Position numbers and translations under genes: made by a program
From: Candidatus Magasanikbacteria bacterium UBA922
GTDB lineage: Bacteria; Patescibacteriota; Patescibacteriia; Magasanikbacterales; UBA922
NCBI GenBank assembly: GCA_002293825.1
Contig: DBDW01000009.1
Span: forward strand, 92,170 to 152,794
Length of the DNA stretch: 60,625 bases
Direction of reading: 5' to 3'
Notes under the pieces: model-generated
Seen by the model: the letters and a program-made list of their open reading frames with translations, nothing else
Database searches by the model: none
Told to the model about the DNA's origin: nothing
Shown: one piece after another, positions 55,881 through 60,625 of the stretch
Position numbering within the stretch: the stretch's first letter is position 1
Layout: the number at the start of each line of letters is the position of its first letter

Positions 55881-57266
55881 ATGAAAAAAAGAATCAAGAC
55901 TCTCGTATCGTTGATCATGCTAAGTGGATTATTGGTAGTATCTGGTTTTGGGTGCAAAGGATTGAGTCAGCAGGAACGAGCTTCGCTTCGTCCAGTAACA
56001 TTGAATTATTGGACGGTGTATGGAGATGTGGATCAATTGAGAACATATGCTGCCGAATATTCCACACAGTATCCACATGTGACGGTAAATATTCGTCAGG
56101 TGCGATATGAAGAGTTCGATTCATTGTTTACCAATGCACTCGCAGATGATGTGGGACCAGATATTGTATCGATGCATGTGCGATGGTTGAGAAAAAATGA
56201 GAGTAGATTGTCTCCTGCGCCATCTTCGATACAAGTATCTCGATTGGTAACCAAAAATCAATATACGAAAGAACAAGAAGTGGTAGTAGATACGATATCC
56301 TTGCCTCGAGAACGAGAAGTTCGAAATAACTATGTTCAGACCGTTGCAAAAGACGTGGTGTTTAATCAAAACATTTTTGGTTTTCCGATGGCACTGGATA
56401 CGCTCGCATTATTTTATAATCAAACTATTTTGGATCGATCAGGTGTTGCTGAGGCTCCAAAGACGTGGGATGAATTTGTGCGAGCAGTACAACAAACGAC
56501 CAAATTTAATGCCACGCTCGACATTATTCAATCTGGAGTAGCGATGGGAACATCGCAAAACATCGACAATTTTGCAGATATTGTGGCATTGCTCATGCTC
56601 CAGAGTGGTGTCACGATGGTAGAAGGAAATACCGTTACGTTTGGGTCAGGAGTAGAGAGAGATCAGACACGTACGCATCCTACGATTCGTGCACTCGATT
56701 TTTATACTGGATTTGCACGTGCGACTGCCGATCGATATAGCTGGAATGAGAAAATGCAAAATGCTTTTGATGAATTTGTGCGTGGACGCACAGCGTTTTT
56801 TATTGGATTTGCGTATGATTTCCCCCGACTTCAGGCTCGAGCACCTCAGCTCCCACTCAAGATTGCTCCGATTCCTCAATTGAATCCAGAGACGCCAGCG
56901 AATGTCGCAAATTATTGGGTGGAGTCAGTGGTGAAAAAATCAAAAAACCAGAATGAAGCATGGGGATTTGTACAGTTTATTACTTCAAAAGAAAAAGTGC
57001 GAGAATATGTGACAGCTACGTCGCGTCCAAGCCCATATCGAGAGCAGATTACGGCTCAACAAGAAAGTGAAATACTAGGTCCATTTGCGACCCAAGCATT
57101 ATATGCAGATAACTGGTATCGAGGGCGTGAGGTAGATGTAGCGATAGGTGCGATGAAAGATTTGGTTACCGAATACTTGCGACAAGGAAATACACCCGAG
57201 GAGACATTGCGCAAAGATAGAACAGTGATAGTCAATACCGCTGCAAAAATTCAGCAAACGTATTAA
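55881..57266 (+). CDS. Extracellular solute-binding lipoprotein (sugar-binding family 1)
   Basis: Lipobox SGFGC, GPDI, DTLALFYN, PKTWDEF, AWGFVQF; start MKKRIK. Confidence 0.88.
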   Translation: MKKRIKTLVSLIMLSGLLVVSGFGCKGLSQQERASLRPVTLNYWTVYGDVDQLRTYAAEYSTQYPHVTVNIRQVRYEEFDSLFTNALADDVGPDIVSMHVRWLRKNESRLSPAPSSIQVSRLVTKNQYTKEQEVVVDTISLPREREVRNNYVQTVAKDVVFNQNIFGFPMALDTLALFYNQTILDRSGVAEAPKTWDEFVRAVQQTTKFNATLDIIQSGVAMGTSQNIDNFADIVALLMLQSGVTMVEGNTVTFGSGVERDQTRTHPTIRALDFYTGFARATADRYSWNEKMQNAFDEFVRGRTAFFIGFAYDFPRLQARAPQLPLKIAPIPQLNPETPANVANYWVESVVKKSKNQNEAWGFVQFITSKEKVREYVTATSRPSPYREQITAQQESEILGPFATQALYADNWYRGREVDVAIGAMKDLVTEYLRQGNTPEETLRKDRTVIVNTAAKIQQTY

Positions 57267-57274
57267 AGATATAT

Positions 57275-58456
57275 ATGGTAATTAAAAAAATTTACGCCTA
57301 TATTATTGCAGCAGTAATAATATTTCCTGTGTGGACAGGAGACATATTTGCGGCTGAAGAAGTGTGGCCAGTGAATCTCGGCACATTTCGATGTCCGGTG
57401 TCTCCAAAAGAAAATGAAAAAATAGCAATTTTTAAAATAATTAGACCCAATGGTGATGAGTTTCGAAATAATGGTAATGATAACGAACATTTTTCTGTGT
57501 CCACAAAACACCCGAAAGAAAATTATGGGGATTTTTTTTGTGTTACAGTTTCCAAAGATGCGACATCTGCTACCTGGAATCAATTAGTTGCTGGGGTGGA
57601 TAATAAAGGAGCTAAAGAAATAGTGTTGCAAAAATGGTATGACGATGATGTTGATCGACAATTTAAACCTACTTCGAATCAGCTGGGTGTGTGGGGTAGA
57701 TTGGAAACTGCAGGTGATGCTGATGATATTACGTATCAATTAAAACAACATGAGGCTACCACAATGCTTGGGACAAATGAAGCCGTAAATCTTCGGCAGA
57801 GATATTATCTATACGGATTGGAAGATAGCCCAGAAGAAGTGTTTATTTATTTCATGAAAATAGCACAGAGTGGCGATTATCCACCGACTAATACAACGTG
57901 CCAGAGTAATCATGGAGCAAGTAAGGATCAATGTAATGCAGATGTTGCATGTCTCTGGTGGACAGCAGGAGCAAAATGTATTTCAAAGACAGATAGTTCG
58001 ACAAAATGTAGTGATCTAGATCCAGATACGTGTAATGTGGTGTCTCATTGTAAAAAAGATCCTGCCAATAGTAGTGTGTGTACTGATAAAATGGTAGTGA
58101 CTTCTCAGGCCGTAGAAGATATTATTGCAAGCACATATAAAAAACCAGATGGGTACACAGGACCACTTCCTGATTGTGCGTGGAATGGCTCATGTCGAAA
58201 AATAGAAGATCTCGTGGAATTGGGGGTAAATGTGGCGACGTGGTTATTTTCCGTGGTAGCAGGATTGGCGTTTGTCTTCTTTGTCTATGGAGGAATTACG
58301 ATGATCATGTCTTTTGGTAATGCAGAGAAAGTGACGAAAGGAAAGCAGATTTTGGTCGCCGCAACAGTGGGTCTTATTATTACATTTTCCGCATACGCAC
58401 TGATCGGATTTGTAGTGAAAGCAATTGGAATTCAATCGAATTTACTTCCTTTCTAG
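57275..58456 (+). CDS. Cys-rich protein with C-terminal TrbC/VirB2-like pilin domain
   Basis: FVYGGITMIMSFGNAEKVTKGKQILVAATVGLII. Confidence 0.8.
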   Translation: MVIKKIYAYIIAAVIIFPVWTGDIFAAEEVWPVNLGTFRCPVSPKENEKIAIFKIIRPNGDEFRNNGNDNEHFSVSTKHPKENYGDFFCVTVSKDATSATWNQLVAGVDNKGAKEIVLQKWYDDDVDRQFKPTSNQLGVWGRLETAGDADDITYQLKQHEATTMLGTNEAVNLRQRYYLYGLEDSPEEVFIYFMKIAQSGDYPPTNTTCQSNHGASKDQCNADVACLWWTAGAKCISKTDSSTKCSDLDPDTCNVVSHCKKDPANSSVCTDKMVVTSQAVEDIIASTYKKPDGYTGPLPDCAWNGSCRKIEDLVELGVNVATWLFSVVAGLAFVFFVYGGITMIMSFGNAEKVTKGKQILVAATVGLIITFSAYALIGFVVKAIGIQSNLLPF

Positions 58457-58466
58457 GGCAGTCTAT

Positions 58467-59117
58467 ATGAAAATATTTCTATATATACGGATGGGTATCG
58501 TAATAATCGGATGTCTTGGATTTGGCGGGATTGCGCACGGGCAATTAGATGCTCCATGCAGTACCGACGCACAGTGTATCGATCCTCCTGGATTGGTATG
58601 TGCACCAGATCCTGCAAATCCTGCCGAAGGTAGGTGTCAAGAACGAGATGCATTATTACCAGAGCAACAAACTTCTGCATGTTATATTTCTAATACAAAA
58701 ACATGTTCGCAGTCGTCAAATGATATCGGTACGTGTCCCGCGGGTAAAAAATTTGCCACACTGGCACAGTGTGAACAGTACAAGCAAGATCAGAATCGAC
58801 AACAAAATAATACTACTGGTGCCCGAGGAAATTGTGCCGCGGGACAAGATTGTGTCTCACTGGTGAATCCGCTCGGTTCAACGGACATAAAAATACTGAT
58901 GGGAAATACAGTAAAAGTCGTAGTGGGAATAATTGGCACAATTGCATTTGTGGTATTTGTATACGGAGGATTTCAATGGCTCACAAGTGCGGGAAATTCA
59001 GAAAAAATTTCAAAAGGATTGCAAGCCATGCTCTGGGCGGGGATAGGTATTATTGTGGTTTTCAGTAGCTATGCTATACTTACGTTGATAATCGATACAT
59101 TACAATCAGCACCATAA
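58467..59117 (+). CDS. Cys-rich TrbC/VirB2-like pilin
   Basis: LVNPLG, FVYGGFQWLTSAGNSEKISKG. Confidence 0.82.
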   Translation: MKIFLYIRMGIVIIGCLGFGGIAHGQLDAPCSTDAQCIDPPGLVCAPDPANPAEGRCQERDALLPEQQTSACYISNTKTCSQSSNDIGTCPAGKKFATLAQCEQYKQDQNRQQNNTTGARGNCAAGQDCVSLVNPLGSTDIKILMGNTVKVVVGIIGTIAFVVFVYGGFQWLTSAGNSEKISKGLQAMLWAGIGIIVVFSSYAILTLIIDTLQSAP

Positions 59118-59160
59118 CATACATTCAAAATTTCTATGAATAGAAAAAAATTGAAAGGGG

Positions 59161-59610
59161 GTGAGAAGTGTGAATAACATAATAACAACAGCAGTAAAGC
59201 ATCGAAATGCATTCTTTGTTGGAATCGCTGCGTTGGTAAGCGTGTTCTCTCTCTCACCAGCAGTAACAAATGCACAGCCAAATCCTGATGTGGATTTTGG
59301 TCTAGAGCCAGTGCGAACTGAAATCAATGTTTCAACTGGAGAAAGTGATGCTCGCGTAGTAGTCGTTCGATTGATCAATCTTGCATTGACCTTTCTTGGA
59401 CTCGTTGCAGTAATTTTGATCCTGTGGGGTGGTTTCAAGTGGATGACCGCAGGTGGAAATGACGAGCAGGTAGGAGAAGCAAAGAAGATTATCATTGCAT
59501 CAGTGATTGGTCTTGCGATCATTCTCTCTGCATACGCAATCGCGCAATTCTTTATCTCGAATATTGGCGCAGCAATTGATACCGGAGCTGCTCCTAATAG
59601 TACGAATTAG
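59161..59610 (+). CDS. TrbC/VirB2-like pilin
   Basis: ILWGGFKWMTAGGNDEQVGEAKKIIIASVIGL. Confidence 0.85.
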   Translation: MRSVNNIITTAVKHRNAFFVGIAALVSVFSLSPAVTNAQPNPDVDFGLEPVRTEINVSTGESDARVVVVRLINLALTFLGLVAVILILWGGFKWMTAGGNDEQVGEAKKIIIASVIGLAIILSAYAIAQFFISNIGAAIDTGAAPNSTN

Positions 59611-59741
59611 GAACATGAACCATATTTCTCTGAAATATGGTTTCAGAGTTTTCCCGGCTTAGAACAAGTAATTGAGTCGGGAAGGCTTTGATAGCGTCTG
59701 ATTCTCGGGTTACGTGGATCTACATTTTTTCATGTGTATAT

Positions 59742-60149
59742 ATGAAATATTTAAAAATTTTTCTTCTTTCCCTCGTTGTTTTGATTGGGGTATGTGTGAC
59801 ATATGGTGCGGTCGTGTATGCACAGGGAGGATGTACGGATCCAAATGACATATTGGGTATTGATTGTGGACAAGCTACTGGATTGACCGCAGAAGATCCA
59901 CGTATTCTCACGGTACGAATTATCAATTTTGCGCTTACATTTCTTGGAATTATTGGTGTGTGTATTGTGCTCTATGCGGGCTTCAAGTGGATGACTGCAG
60001 GTGGAAATGATGATCAGGTAGGGGAAGCAAAAAAAATGCTTATTTCAGCGGTAATTGGTCTCATTATTATCATGGTGTCCTACGCAGTGACGAGTTATAT
60101 TATATGGGCATTGTGTGACACGACTGGTTCGTGCGGTCCTACATTTTGA
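59742..60149 (+). CDS. TrbC/VirB2-like pilin
   Basis: VLYAGFKWMTAGGNDDQVGEAKKMLISAVIGL. Confidence 0.85.
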   Translation: MKYLKIFLLSLVVLIGVCVTYGAVVYAQGGCTDPNDILGIDCGQATGLTAEDPRILTVRIINFALTFLGIIGVCIVLYAGFKWMTAGGNDDQVGEAKKMLISAVIGLIIIMVSYAVTSYIIWALCDTTGSCGPTF

Positions 60150-60172
60150 TACACATACTAACTTTCTTTCGT

Positions 60173-60625
60173 ATGCGTCGTTCGATATCATTTTTCATGG
60201 GAATGTGTGTGGCACTCTTGGTCACAGTGTGTGTGCCGATGGTGGTATTCGCAAGCTTTGGTCTGAATGAGACGGCAGGAGCCGCTGGCCTTACTGGTTA
60301 TGGCAATAGTGTGCCAAAAATTGTAGGAAATGTGATTGGTACATTGCTTTCAATGATTTCAGTCTTGTTTTTTGTATTAGTTCTCTACGGAGGAATTTTG
60401 TGGATGACTGCACGAGGCAATAGTGATCAGACAGGAAAAGCACTTAACACCATTATTGGTGCTACAATCGGAATTGTAATAGTGATGGGAGCGTATGCGC
60501 TTACTAATTTTGTATTCCAACTTGGAGGAAATACGGGGAATGGTGGGGGGAATTCTCCAAATGGTGGTAATGAAAATAATTCTCCTGTTGGAGATAATGG
60601 TTCACAATGGTGTCTTACCGCAGAA
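60173..60625 (+). CDS. TrbC/VirB2-like pilin, runs off the window end
   Basis: Manual translation MRRSISFF...VLYGGILWMTARGNSDQTGKALNTIIGATIG; no stop before the end. Confidence 0.8.
   Translation, partial: MRRSISFFMGMCVALLVTVCVPMVVFASFGLNETAGAAGLTGYGNSVPKIVGNVIGTLLSMISVLFFVLVLYGGILWMTARGNSDQTGKALNTIIGATIGIVIVMGAYALTNFVFQLGGNTGNGGGNSPNGGNENNSPVGDNGSQWCLTAE

Overview
A 60.6-kb chromosomal segment spanning the replication origin of a reduced-genome bacterium. The gene set and style (TrbC/VirB2-like pilin array, type IV pilus and competence genes, lamin-tail and LysM/M23 surface proteins, mostly AT-rich SD-less starts) point to Patescibacteria/CPR, probably Parcubacteria/ABY1; this is inference only. 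The core is dnaN-dnaA-oriC-rpmH-rnpA-yidD, with parS sites, ychF, rmuC, rpsT, holA, polA, tig, rpsF-ssb-rpsR, pilBCMNO, minor pilins, galU and five tRNAs. About eight compositionally alien, GC3-rich orphan genes are scattered through it, most with their own promoter, SD and 3' hairpins. The best candidates for new biology are: (1) an unannotated Met-rich leader peptide (MIQKYTQYMMMVLM...) with a complete 1:2/2:3/3:4 attenuator upstream of a DUF62 SAM-hydrolase-family gene, i.e. a putative methionine-sensing ribosome-mediated attenuator; (2) a canonical type III hammerhead ribozyme behind an orphan gene; (3) a ~320-nt stand-alone structured RNA with its own promoter and terminator behind a DnaA-box cluster; (4) an alpha/beta-hydrolase fused to a VirB2-like pilin; (5) a DUF559 nuclease flanked by 42-bp inverted repeats. 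All RNA structures were derived by eye, not computed.
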